The position numbers and the translations under genes were made by a program. DNA of 64,000 nt, from assembly GCA_965220135.1 (NCBI GenBank), contig OZ244802.1:1295794-1359793 (forward strand), given 5' to 3'. Each line of letters opens with the position of its first letter. Position 1 is the first letter of the stretch. Origin of the DNA: Chloroflexota bacterium (lineage in GTDB: Bacteria; Chloroflexota; UBA11872). Positions 55,983-64,000 of this stretch are shown here, piece by piece. Under the pieces are notes generated by a model. That model was not told the origin of the DNA. It did not search any database and saw only the letters and a program-made list of their open reading frames with translations.

Positions 55983-57455
55983 TTAGCGCCGACCGACGCC
56001 GAGGTTGCCCTCGATGCGCCGGCTGATGAACGACATGCTGAAACAGAAGACCCAGAAAACCAGGGCGATAAACAGGTAGACCTCGCGGCCGTTGTCGATG
56101 AACTCCTGGTTGCCCTGAACGCTGACGCGGCCCATCTCCACCAGGTCCAGCATTCCGATGAAGTAGACGAGGCTGGTGTCCTTGAAGAGGCTGATGAACT
56201 GGCCCACGATGGCGGGAATGATGTTGCGCAAGCCCTGAGGAAGGTTGATCAAAAGGGTGGTTTGCCAGCCGCGCAGCCCGAGTGCGCTCGCTGCCTCGGC
56301 CTGACCCGGATGCACGGCGGCCATGCCCCCGCGCACGTTCTCGGCCATGTATGCCGATGAGAAGAGGGTAATTGTGATCCCCGCCAGGTAGACGCGGTCG
56401 ACGTTCAGATCTTCCGGGAGAGTAAGCGGGAGGATGTGGCGGGACATGAATAGCAACGTAATGAGGGGCACACCGCGGATGACCTCGATAAAGATCACGC
56501 AGGCCACCTTGACCACCGGCAGACTGCTGCGCCGTCCCAGGGCCAATCCGATGCCAATGGGAAGAGAACAGACGATGCCAAAAAAGGCCAGCAACAGATT
56601 GATCAGGAGACCGCCGACGTCCTGCGGGGCGACCGGATCGAGCCCGGGCACGCCGTCGATCCCAAGGATCAGGATCATGGTGACGACCAGGGCCACGACG
56701 ACCGCCGTAAGCATGCGCCTTGGCGTGGAGAATATGGCGGCACGATCGAGCGCGGGCGCCAGCGCCCGCGCGGGGCGACGCAACGCAGTCGCCAATGGGA
56801 TTGCGACACGATCGAGCATGCGGGACAGCGCAGCCACGGCGCGGCACCATGCGGTCGCCAACCGGAATGCGACACCATAGAGCGGGGGGAGCAGCGCACG
56901 CACAACGCTGCACCATGCGGTCGCCAACCGGACGGCGGCACGATCGAGCATGGAGGACAGTGCGCCACCGGCAATCGCCTCCAGCAGCCCTGGGCCGCTT
57001 TCCCCGGCGCGAGGCGTCAGCATGTAACCGAGGCCGATGGCCGGCAGGTTTAGCAGCAGGAGCGCGCGGTGGACCGGGGCCATTTCATGCGGAAACACGC
57101 CCACGAACAGCATGATCGCGCCGAAGCCATAGGCAAAGCGGCGCGCGGTGTCTGGCCACGCCCGCCAGGTCATGCCGAGCAGGACGCTGATCAGCAGCAG
57201 ACAGATCGTCAGCCGCCAATACGCCTCGTATGGGTAGAGGCCCACGATGTACAGCGGTACACGGCTGACGATGACGGTCCAGTCGGCCTGGACGACCACC
57301 CACGCGCCCAGGTTGACGACGATCCAGGCCAGCAGGATCGCCATGACAACCGTGACCACACTGTTCGATGGGGAGCTGAAGAGGTTCTTGCGCAGCCACC
57401 CCACAGGTCCGATCGTGGTGGCGGGCGGCAGCGGCGCGGCAACGCGAGCGGTCAT
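55983..57455 (-). CDS. amino-acid ABC transporter permease (AapM-like) with a repeat-containing insertion
   Basis: The C-terminal half is a HisM/GlnP-type permease core (IEVIRGVPLITLLF, EAASALGL EAA-loop). The N-terminal extension has extra TMs as in AapQ/AapM. At 490 aa it is about 100 aa longer than its partner permease. Confidence 0.85.
   Translation of the reverse strand: MTARVAAPLPPATTIGPVGWLRKNLFSSPSNSVVTVVMAILLAWIVVNLGAWVVVQADWTVIVSRVPLYIVGLYPYEAYWRLTICLLLISVLLGMTWRAWPDTARRFAYGFGAIMLFVGVFPHEMAPVHRALLLLNLPAIGLGYMLTPRAGESGPGLLEAIAGGALSSMLDRAAVRLATAWCSVVRALLPPLYGVAFRLATAWCRAVAALSRMLDRVAIPLATALRRPARALAPALDRAAIFSTPRRMLTAVVVALVVTMILILGIDGVPGLDPVAPQDVGGLLINLLLAFFGIVCSLPIGIGLALGRRSSLPVVKVACVIFIEVIRGVPLITLLFMSRHILPLTLPEDLNVDRVYLAGITITLFSSAYMAENVRGGMAAVHPGQAEAASALGLRGWQTTLLINLPQGLRNIIPAIVGQFISLFKDTSLVYFIGMLDLVEMGRVSVQGNQEFIDNGREVYLFIALVFWVFCFSMSFISRRIEGNLGVGRR
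56700..56963 (-). repeat. four tandem in-frame 66-bp (22-aa) repeats inside the permease gene
   Basis: The units are ALSSMLDRAAVRLATAWCSVVR, ALLPPLYGVAFRLATAWCRAVA, ALSRMLDRVAIPLATALRRPAR and ALAPALDRAAIFSTPRRMLTAV. A 23-nt perfect repeat GCACCATGCGGTCGCCAACCGGA lies at 56844 and 56910 (66-nt offset). CACGATCGAGC recurs at 56741, 56807 and 56939. Confidence 0.85.
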
Positions 57456-57465
57456 GCGATATCCC

Positions 57466-58650
57466 TCACGCGCCCTTGAACCGGATCATCCGGTTGTAGA
57501 GGTTGCCGATCAGCGAATACAGCAGGCTCATGGACAGGTAGCTGACCATGACGATCATGAAGAGGGAAATGGCCGGCGCGATCTGCGTCATCGTGTTGGC
57601 CACGCTGACCAGGTCCGGATAACCGATGGCGGCGGCCAGGCTGGAGTTCTTGGTGAGATTGAGGAACTGGCTGATCAGAGGCGGAATGATGACGCGCAGG
57701 GCTTGCGGAAAGGTCACGTGCCGCAGCGTGAGCATCCCCGAGAGTCCCACCGAACGGGCCGCCTCGGTCTGGCCCTTGCCGACGGACTGGATGCCGGCGC
57801 GGACGATTTCTGCAATGAAGGCCGAGGTGTAGACCACCAGACCCACCAGCAGCGCCATGAAGCTGCCACTGAGTTGCGCCCCCCCTTGCAGCCGCCCGAA
57901 GCGCCCCTCAATCTGCGGGATGTCGATCGCCAGGGGCCCCAGGATCAGAAGTGCCACGAGGCTCAGTCCCACGGCGATGACCGTAGCCGCGAGCAGCGGA
58001 TAGCTCGGTTGACCAGTCTCGATTTCGCGCCGGCTCAGGCGCCTGAAGGTGTAGACCGCCAGCGCCGCGCCAATGGCCGTGATCAGGGCCCACGGCCAGA
58101 AACCGTTCTGGGCCTCAAACCAGGGCAGGTATATGCCGCTGTTGTTGATGTAAACCGTGTCGGCGACCACGTAGCCCTCCGCCACCTTGGGCAGCGTAAG
58201 CACGATGGTGAGCCAGAAGAGCAGTTGCACGATCAGCGGAATGTTGCGAAAGACCTCGATGTAGAACAGCGCAATACGGCTCAGCAGCCAGTTGGGCGAC
58301 AGACGGGCCACGCCGACGAGAATTCCGATGGCTGTTGCCAGAATGACGCCAAGCACCGAGGCCCTGATGGTGTTGATTCCGGCCACGATCAGTCCGTACA
58401 AATATGAATCGGATGGGTCGTAGGCAATCACGGCTTCGCCGATAGGAATCTGGGCGGCCCGGCCGAGGAAGCTGAAGCCGAACGGAATGTCGCGCGCCTC
58501 GATCTCGCGAGCGACGTTGAGCAGAAACAGGGCAATCGTGGAGAGCACCACGACCGCGGAAACAACCTGCACGGCCCAGCGCAACGCGACCACGTTGCGC
58601 CAAATGGGAACACCTTGGACGTAGAGCAGTCGCGTCACGTCTGTGTGCAA
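57466..58650 (-). CDS. amino-acid ABC transporter permease (AapQ-like)
   Basis: 394 aa. An N-terminal multi-TM extension is followed by the permease core with the EAA loop GQTEAARSVGLS. TTG start. Confidence 0.85.
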   Translation of the reverse strand: MHTDVTRLLYVQGVPIWRNVVALRWAVQVVSAVVVLSTIALFLLNVAREIEARDIPFGFSFLGRAAQIPIGEAVIAYDPSDSYLYGLIVAGINTIRASVLGVILATAIGILVGVARLSPNWLLSRIALFYIEVFRNIPLIVQLLFWLTIVLTLPKVAEGYVVADTVYINNSGIYLPWFEAQNGFWPWALITAIGAALAVYTFRRLSRREIETGQPSYPLLAATVIAVGLSLVALLILGPLAIDIPQIEGRFGRLQGGAQLSGSFMALLVGLVVYTSAFIAEIVRAGIQSVGKGQTEAARSVGLSGMLTLRHVTFPQALRVIIPPLISQFLNLTKNSSLAAAIGYPDLVSVANTMTQIAPAISLFMIVMVSYLSMSLLYSLIGNLYNRMIRFKGA

Positions 58651-58701
58651 TCACTCTCGGCGGTGTTAGTCCGCGCCAGCCTACAAGAAACGCTCATTAA
58701 C

Positions 58702-58735
58702 GTTTCGGGGGGACGCTTTCGCGTCCCCCCGAAAC
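58702..58735 (-). promoter_or_regulatory. perfect 15-bp intercistronic stem-loop between the binding-protein and permease genes
   Basis: GTTTCGGGGGGACGC, loop TTTC, GCGTCCCCCCGAAAC. A second 7-8-bp hairpin (GGCGAGC-AA-GCTCGCC) lies at 58738..58755. Confidence 0.6.
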
Positions 58736-58765
58736 CGCGGCGAGCAAGCTCGCCGGTTGCCGCGA

Positions 58766-59854
58766 TTAGCGCAGCGGCGGTGCGTAGATCTGACCGCCCT
58801 TGGGGCAGTCCGTGCACGGGGCGTTTTCCCAGAGCGCGTTACGGCCGCCCTCGCGCGGGAGGTCGATGCCGCCCGGCCCGAGATTGCGGTCGTAGATCTC
58901 GCCGTAGTTGCCAACGGCGCCGAGAACGTCCTGCATGAAGGTCTCACTCAGTCCCAGGGTCTCCTGGCCGAAGCTGCCTTCCGTACCGAGCAGTCGCTTG
59001 GCCTTGACATTGTCGCCGCCAGCCATCTGCGCGTAGTTCGCGCTGGTAATCCCGTACGCCTCGGCGTAGATCAGACCGGAAACAACCGTCTTGACGATGT
59101 CGAACCACTGCTCGTCACCGTGCGGAACCACCGGACCCAGCGGTTCCTCGGAGATGGTCTCCGGAAGGATCACGTGGTCCTGCGGGTTCGGCAGGGCGCT
59201 GCGGAGCGCTGCCAACTGCGAGCGGTCGTTCGTGAAGACGTCGCACTGGCCTTCCTGGTAGGCCTCAAGCACCACGTCCGTGTCCTCGAACACCTGCGGG
59301 TTGTACTCCAGGTTGTTCTGACGGAAGAAGTCGGCCATGTTCAACTCGGTGGTCGTACCACTGGTCACGCAGACTGCGGCGCCGCCCAACTCGAGGGCCG
59401 AAGAGACTCCCAGGTTCCTCGGAACCATGAAGCCCTGACCGTCATAGAAGGTCGTGTGGACGTAGTTGCCCCACTGTGCGTCGCGGGAGGTCGTCCATGT
59501 GACGGTGCGAACCAGCAGGTCCACTTCACCGGACTGGATGGTCGGGCCACGCTCGGCCGCGGTGATGTAGTTGATCTGGATCGCTTCGGGGTCGCCCAGC
59601 ACGGCCGTGGCGACGGCGCGGCAGAGGTCGATGTCGAAGCCGACGTTGCGGCCGGCGGCGTCCAGCGAGCCATAGCCCGGCACATCGTTACGGCTGGCAC
59701 AAATGAGGGTCCCGCGCTCCTTGACGGCGGCGAGACGGTTGACGACGGTCGTCGCCTCTTGCTCTTCTTCTCCGCAGGCCGCAATTGCGGCTATCGCTAG
59801 CGCAAGGGCCACAACAATCAGCCCTGGCCTCAGATACTTTCGGAGCCGCCCCAT
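58766..59854 (-). CDS. amino-acid ABC transporter substrate-binding lipoprotein (AapJ-like)
   Basis: Lipobox LAIAAIAAC after a basic N-terminus. At 362 aa it has the size and pattern of the general L-amino-acid binding protein family. A strong SD (AGGAGG) lies upstream. Confidence 0.85.
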   Translation of the reverse strand: MGRLRKYLRPGLIVVALALAIAAIAACGEEEQEATTVVNRLAAVKERGTLICASRNDVPGYGSLDAAGRNVGFDIDLCRAVATAVLGDPEAIQINYITAAERGPTIQSGEVDLLVRTVTWTTSRDAQWGNYVHTTFYDGQGFMVPRNLGVSSALELGGAAVCVTSGTTTELNMADFFRQNNLEYNPQVFEDTDVVLEAYQEGQCDVFTNDRSQLAALRSALPNPQDHVILPETISEEPLGPVVPHGDEQWFDIVKTVVSGLIYAEAYGITSANYAQMAGGDNVKAKRLLGTEGSFGQETLGLSETFMQDVLGAVGNYGEIYDRNLGPGGIDLPREGGRNALWENAPCTDCPKGGQIYAPPLR

Positions 59855-60002
59855 ATGTTCCTCCTACACAGCCGTGCTACTGCCATCGGCACACAGTTTG
59901 TGAGTGTGCCCGAAGCCGGTGCCTGGGGCAATTATTTCTGAGCCAGTCAGCTTTGGCGCCCTTGGACGTCGCGCCGCCACGCCCCGGCGAGCGACGCGCG
60001 AC

Positions 60003-60707
60003 TTAGTCGTTGACCACGCCGGCCAGCGCGCCCTTCTCGACCATGCTGTCCCAGTGCCCGCGGAACGTGACGTTCCATTCCGAGGTGCCCGCGTGCAGCA
60101 TCATCTCCTCGAAGTGGTGCGGGAACACCACGACGCCGTCGCAACCGGCCCGCAGCGCCACGTCGGCGGCGATCCAGTTGCGGATGATGCCGCCCAGCAC
60201 GTACGGCTGATTGGCGCGCCCGCGTACGACCTGCACGATGTCGCTGACTATGGCGCCGGCGTCGGCGCCCGAATCGATCAACGGGCCGACGAACGGCGCG
60301 ATGTACGTCGCCCCGACCTGCACCGCCGCCACGGCCTGGCTGGCCGAGAACAGGGTGGTGACCATTGACTCCCGACCCTCGGCCTTCATGCGGGCGATGG
60401 CGCGAAAGCCCTTGGTGGCGCTGGGGATCTTCATCACGACCCGCGGTGAGAGTGCCTGGAATGGCGCCGACGCGGCCACGATGTCCTCGGTGGTGTCGCC
60501 GTCCACCTCAACGACCACCGGGCCGTCGTTGTCGAGTTCGAGGTAGCGTTCGATCACGCCCAGCATCGGACCGTAGGTATCGACCAGACCGTCCAGCACC
60601 AGGGTGTTGGTGACGATGCCCACGGGATTGAATTCGAGATAGTCCTTGATGACCTCCGGATCGCCCTGAAACCAGATGCCCGCCTGTCCCGGATAGCCCT
60701 GTACCAT
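60003..60707 (-). CDS. transaldolase / fructose-6-phosphate aldolase family protein
   Basis: VMKIPSATKGFRAIARM (Schiff-base Lys block) and TTLFSASQAVAAVQVGATYIAPFVG. ATG 60707 is preceded by GGGGGAGG; the track ORF starts at GTG 60734. Confidence 0.8.
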   Translation of the reverse strand: MVQGYPGQAGIWFQGDPEVIKDYLEFNPVGIVTNTLVLDGLVDTYGPMLGVIERYLELDNDGPVVVEVDGDTTEDIVAASAPFQALSPRVVMKIPSATKGFRAIARMKAEGRESMVTTLFSASQAVAAVQVGATYIAPFVGPLIDSGADAGAIVSDIVQVVRGRANQPYVLGGIIRNWIAADVALRAGCDGVVVFPHHFEEMMLHAGTSEWNVTFRGHWDSMVEKGALAGVVND

Positions 60708-60823
60708 CGGATTTACCTCCCCCGCGTCAGCCACCCCGCATCCTACGCCTACCGCACAGGAGCGCGCCTTGGGTCCCTGCGAAACTCACGGTCCCGCGGG
60801 CGGCAAGCCATGCCTTGGTGAGG

Positions 60824-61606
60824 CTAGCCCCTGGCGGCCACGTCGTCGGGGTGCCCGCTGAAGTCCGGGCCGGAGTAGCCCTCCAGTTCCTCACGCGGCA
60901 GGTAGTTGCCGTATCCGTGGTAGACCCCGCGGGGCTGCGCGCACCAGTGCACGGCGTTGGCAATGACGTGCTGGACTTCGGCCTGGTGGTAAATGGGCAA
61001 GGTTTCGTGCCCCGGCCGGAAGTAGAAGATCTTGCCGTTGCCACGCCGGAAGGTGCAGCCGCTGCGGAAGACCTCGCCGCCCTGGAACCAGCTGATGAAC
61101 ACCAACTCGTCCGGCGGCGGAATGTCGAAGTGCTCGCCATACATCTCGCACTGCGGGATCTCGAAGTACTCGCCCAGGCCAGCCGCGATGGGGTGCGACG
61201 GGTCCACCACCCAGATGCGCTCACGCTCGTCGGCTTCGCGCCACTTCAGCCAGCAACTAGTACCCATGAGGGACGAGAAGATCTTTGAGAGATGGCCGGA
61301 GTGCAACACCACCAGGCCCATGCCTTCCCAGACGCGTTTGCGGACGCGCTCGACGATGGCGTCGTCCACCTCGCCGTGGGCCGTGTGGCCCCACCAGGTC
61401 AGGACATCGGTGGCGGCCAGCACCTCGTCCGTGAGCCCGTGCTCCGGCTCATCCAGCGTGGCGGTGCGGACCTCAACGTCGTCGTGCGTCGCCAGGGCGC
61501 CCGCGATAGCGCCGTGGATACCGTCGGGATAGATCGCGGCGATTTCAGGGTTGCGTTTCTCGTGTCGGAATTCGTTCCAGACCGTGACGCGGATCGGGTC
61601 CGCCAT
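60824..61606 (-). CDS. ThuA domain-containing protein (trehalose-utilisation-like)
   Basis: [25 protein letters not shown] and FYFRPGHE blocks. ATG 61606 is preceded by AAGGAG. Confidence 0.85.
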   Translation of the reverse strand: MADPIRVTVWNEFRHEKRNPEIAAIYPDGIHGAIAGALATHDDVEVRTATLDEPEHGLTDEVLAATDVLTWWGHTAHGEVDDAIVERVRKRVWEGMGLVVLHSGHLSKIFSSLMGTSCWLKWREADERERIWVVDPSHPIAAGLGEYFEIPQCEMYGEHFDIPPPDELVFISWFQGGEVFRSGCTFRRGNGKIFYFRPGHETLPIYHQAEVQHVIANAVHWCAQPRGVYHGYGNYLPREELEGYSGPDFSGHPDDVAARG

Positions 61607-61749
61607 GGGGCGCTCCTTGGGAGATCGGATGGCCACCGTGCCACTGGCATCCTACGCGCCCAACTCCGATTGCGCGTGGAACTTTGGTCGTGCGTTAGGA
61701 CCTCCGAAGTCGCACAATCGGGGCCGCACGCGCTTGGGACTTTCCGCGC

Positions 61750-62523
61750 ATGGCTGACTTCACGCCCTCGAACGATGTATCCGTAGATCAGGCTGCTCTG
61801 GACGCCCTGGCCGAACTGGCGACGCCCACCGTCACCGCGGCCCTGGGCAAGCTGGGGTTCGACTTCGCCTACGCAACCGGCATCAACCCGCTGGCGCCGC
61901 CGGAGGGCGGCCGCATGGTGGGGCGAGCGCGCACGCTGCGGTTTATCCAGAAGCGCGAGGACCTGGTGAAGGCCCAGTACGCCGACCTGGAAAGCTCACC
62001 GCACCGTAACGCGCTGGAGTCGATCGAGCCCGGCGAAATCATGGTGATCGACGCTCGCGGCTGCCTGGAAGCCGCCGTGGTTGGCGACATCTTCACCCGG
62101 CGCGTCCAGGCTCGCGGTGGACTCGGCATCGTGATTGACGGGGTCTGCCGCGACATCACGGCCATACGAGAAGTCGGCCTGCCGCTCTACGCCCGCGGCG
62201 TGCACGGCCAGGGCATCGACCGCCGCCTGATGTCCGTGGGCAGCCAGGAGCCGGTGCAGATTGCCGAAGTCGCCGTCATGCCCGGCGACATCGTCCTGGG
62301 CGACGGCGACGGCGTGGTCGTGATACCGCCGCACGCCGCTGACGAGGTCATCGCGGAAGCCTCGACGCACGAGGAACTGGAAGTCTGGATCCGGGAGGAG
62401 ATCACTGCCGGCCGCGGCAGCCTGCACACCCACTATCCGCCAAACGCCCAGGTCCTGGCCGAGTTCCAGGAATGGCTGCGAGCGCAAGGTCGCGACCCGC
62501 TCGAACGCGAGTTTCGACTCTAG
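61750..62523 (+). CDS. RraA-family protein (4-hydroxy-4-methyl-2-oxoglutarate aldolase / oxaloacetate decarboxylase-like)
   Basis: GEIMVIDARG ... AVVGDIFTRRVQARGGLGIVIDGVCRD ... GDIVLGDGDGVVVIP is the RraA/HMG-aldolase core pattern. Confidence 0.8.
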   Translation: MADFTPSNDVSVDQAALDALAELATPTVTAALGKLGFDFAYATGINPLAPPEGGRMVGRARTLRFIQKREDLVKAQYADLESSPHRNALESIEPGEIMVIDARGCLEAAVVGDIFTRRVQARGGLGIVIDGVCRDITAIREVGLPLYARGVHGQGIDRRLMSVGSQEPVQIAEVAVMPGDIVLGDGDGVVVIPPHAADEVIAEASTHEELEVWIREEITAGRGSLHTHYPPNAQVLAEFQEWLRAQGRDPLEREFRL

Positions 62524-62539
62524 GAAGGCGACGGCCGAC

Positions 62540-63763
62540 ATGCGTATCACCGACATCGAGACCTTCGTCTGCAGCTACGCCTTCCCCGAAGCCGACCGCT
62601 GGTACGCCGGCGGGCGCGGGGAGCGCGAGCCGCTGGCCATGCACTTCAACGCGATCGTGCTGCGCGTGCACACCGACGAGGGGATCACCGGCCTGGGCGA
62701 GATCATGCCCTGGTCGGATATCGACACCCGGATTCGCGCGCTACGCAATGTCGTGCGCCCTCGGCTACTGGGCCGCAGCCCCTTCGACGCCGACAAGCTG
62801 ACAGTGTTTGGACCTGACCTGGACACGAACCTGGCGCTGGCCGCCGTCAACGTGGCCTGCTGGGACATTGTGGGCAAGGCCACCGGCACCCCCGTTTACC
62901 GCCTCCTCGACACCGAGGGCCTGGCCCAGCCGCGCCTGCGCTGCTACGCCAGCGGCGGCGTGGGCTGGGCGTGGTTCGACCGGCCGGAGCAGTTGATCGA
63001 AGAAGCGCTACAACATCAGGCCAACGGCTACACGGCCATGAAGCTGCGAATCGGGACCTCATGGGCCCGTTCCCACGTCACGCCGGTCCGCTTCCTGGAC
63101 CTTCTGGGACGTCTGCGCCACGCCGTCGGTCCCGACTTCGAGTTGATGCTCGACGCCAACATGCGCTTCAGCGCCGACGAGGCGGACGAGGTGCTGGAAC
63201 TGGCCCGCGGGCTCCGCGAACTGGACTTCCGCTGGTTCGAAGACCCGATCATGCGCGCGGAAGACGACGCCTCGTACCGAGGAATCACCGCCGAAGCAAC
63301 CGACGCGGATAGCGTGGCGATCTATCGGCGTTTACGTGAAGAGTCGGGCATGACGATTTCGGGCGGCGAGACGACGTTTGATCCCCGCGTGGTGCGTCGC
63401 CTGATCGACAGCGACGCGCTGGACATCGTGAACCTGGACGTGACCTGGACCGGCCTGGACCAGGCCCGCCGCTTCGCCCGGTGGCTGGAAGCGCGCGGCA
63501 AGCTCTGCATCCCCCACAGCTGGACCACCGGCATCTCCTTCGCCGCCACTGCCCACTTCGTCGCCGCCATCCCCAACCGCTACACGCTGGAATTCCAGAT
63601 GATCAACAACAGGTTGATGGACGACTTGCTCATTGATCCTGTGCTGCCGGTCAATGGCTATGTAGACGTGCCCGAACGGCCCGGGCTGGGAATTGAACTG
63701 GACGAGGCGGCGGTGGACAGCAAGTTTCAGCGGCTTGAGGGCGACATCCTGACGAATCTGTAA
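62540..63763 (+). CDS. enolase-superfamily enzyme (mandelate racemase/muconate lactonizing enzyme family, probable acid-sugar dehydratase)
   Basis: MRITDIETF capping-domain start. The barrel domain has metal-ligand blocks LMLDANMRF, FEDP and LDVTW. 407 aa. Confidence 0.85.
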   Translation: MRITDIETFVCSYAFPEADRWYAGGRGEREPLAMHFNAIVLRVHTDEGITGLGEIMPWSDIDTRIRALRNVVRPRLLGRSPFDADKLTVFGPDLDTNLALAAVNVACWDIVGKATGTPVYRLLDTEGLAQPRLRCYASGGVGWAWFDRPEQLIEEALQHQANGYTAMKLRIGTSWARSHVTPVRFLDLLGRLRHAVGPDFELMLDANMRFSADEADEVLELARGLRELDFRWFEDPIMRAEDDASYRGITAEATDADSVAIYRRLREESGMTISGGETTFDPRVVRRLIDSDALDIVNLDVTWTGLDQARRFARWLEARGKLCIPHSWTTGISFAATAHFVAAIPNRYTLEFQMINNRLMDDLLIDPVLPVNGYVDVPERPGLGIELDEAAVDSKFQRLEGDILTNL

Positions 63764-63794
63764 ACGACGATAGGCGGCGTCAACCCAGGACCCC

Positions 63795-64000
63795 CTAGAG
63801 CGATATCCACGCCGCGCCGTTGCGGGAGGATTCCACCGCGCGGTAGATGAACTGCATGCCGCGGAGGCCATCGTAGGCGGTGGGGAAGTCGTACTCCTCG
63901 GTCAGCATGGGGTCGCCGTCGAGGTGCCGGCGGATGGCGGTGAGGGCGCCGACGTAGATCTGGGCGAAGGCTTCCAGGTACCCCTCGGGATGGCCGGGCG
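63795..64000 (-). CDS. Gfo/Idh/MocA-family oxidoreductase, C-terminal fragment (N-terminus beyond window)
   Basis: Not in the track. My minus-strand translation ends ...GHPEGYLEAFAQIYVGALTAIRRHLDGDPMLTEEYDFPTAYDGLRGMQFIYRAVESSRNGAAWISL, then TAG at 63795..63797. The GHxEGY...F...IY...FP...DG pattern is typical of this family's C-terminus. Confidence 0.6.
   Translation of the reverse strand, partial: PGHPEGYLEAFAQIYVGALTAIRRHLDGDPMLTEEYDFPTAYDGLRGMQFIYRAVESSRNGAAWISL

Noticed and set aside
56700-56963. Could the 66-bp tandem repeats be a CRISPR array or a minisatellite outside genes?
   Set aside because: The units are contiguous with no spacers. They are in frame and lie inside a continuous 490-codon permease ORF whose flanks have clear permease motifs. 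No cas genes are present.

Overview
High-GC (about 65%) bacterial chromosomal window. It is densely coding: about 65 protein genes and one tRNA-Leu(GAG). I saw no rRNA, CRISPR array, transposase, integrase or phage genes.

The core (23.5-39.9 kb) is a division/cell-wall cluster, mraZ-rsmH-ftsL-ftsI-ftsW-murG-murC-murB-ftsQ-ftsA-ftsZ. It continues co-directionally into yggS-yggT-DUF167-hisS-hisH-hisA-hisF, and many junctions overlap by 1-4 nt.

Left flank:
- GHMP kinase (partial) and galU
- aldolase/SDR fusion, CinA-like protein, LCP protein
- NarL-type two-component pair
- moeB plus a stand-alone rhodanese
- an N-terminally short Lon-like protease
- eno-larB-larC
- a DHA2 MFS pump and RNase HI

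Right flank:
- MFS and sugar-catabolic genes (Gfo/Idh/MocA paralogues, MOSC, TIM-barrel isomerase, C26 amidotransferase)
- tRNA-Leu, then NfeD-flotillin
- AAC(3)-like acetyltransferase and a Cys-type sulfatase
- ctaA-ctaB
- an AapJQMP-like amino-acid ABC operon
- a ThuA / RraA-like aldolase / enolase-superfamily block

The presence of ftsA together with this gene content hints at a Chloroflexota-like high-GC lineage, but that is only a guess.

I did not find a convincing novel multi-gene system such as a defence island. The most unusual things I can support from the sequence are:
1. A 66-codon cytochrome-oxidase-subunit-II transmembrane-only ORF directly upstream of ctaA-ctaB.
2. Four in-frame tandem 66-bp (22-aa) repeats inserted in an ABC permease.
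3. A LonA-like protease that lacks the N-domain and has degenerate AAA+ sensor and pore motifs but an intact Ser-Lys dyad.
4. A dcw cluster with no murE/murF/mraY/murD/ddl, preceded by phased GTGG repeats (MraZ-box-like) and a strong mraZ-rsmH hairpin.
5. eno translationally coupled to larB-larC, with no larE or larA in the window.
6. An untracked 36-codon membrane ORF with a consensus Shine-Dalgarno.
7. Two membrane proteins whose first TM helix is encoded upstream of the first canonical start codon.
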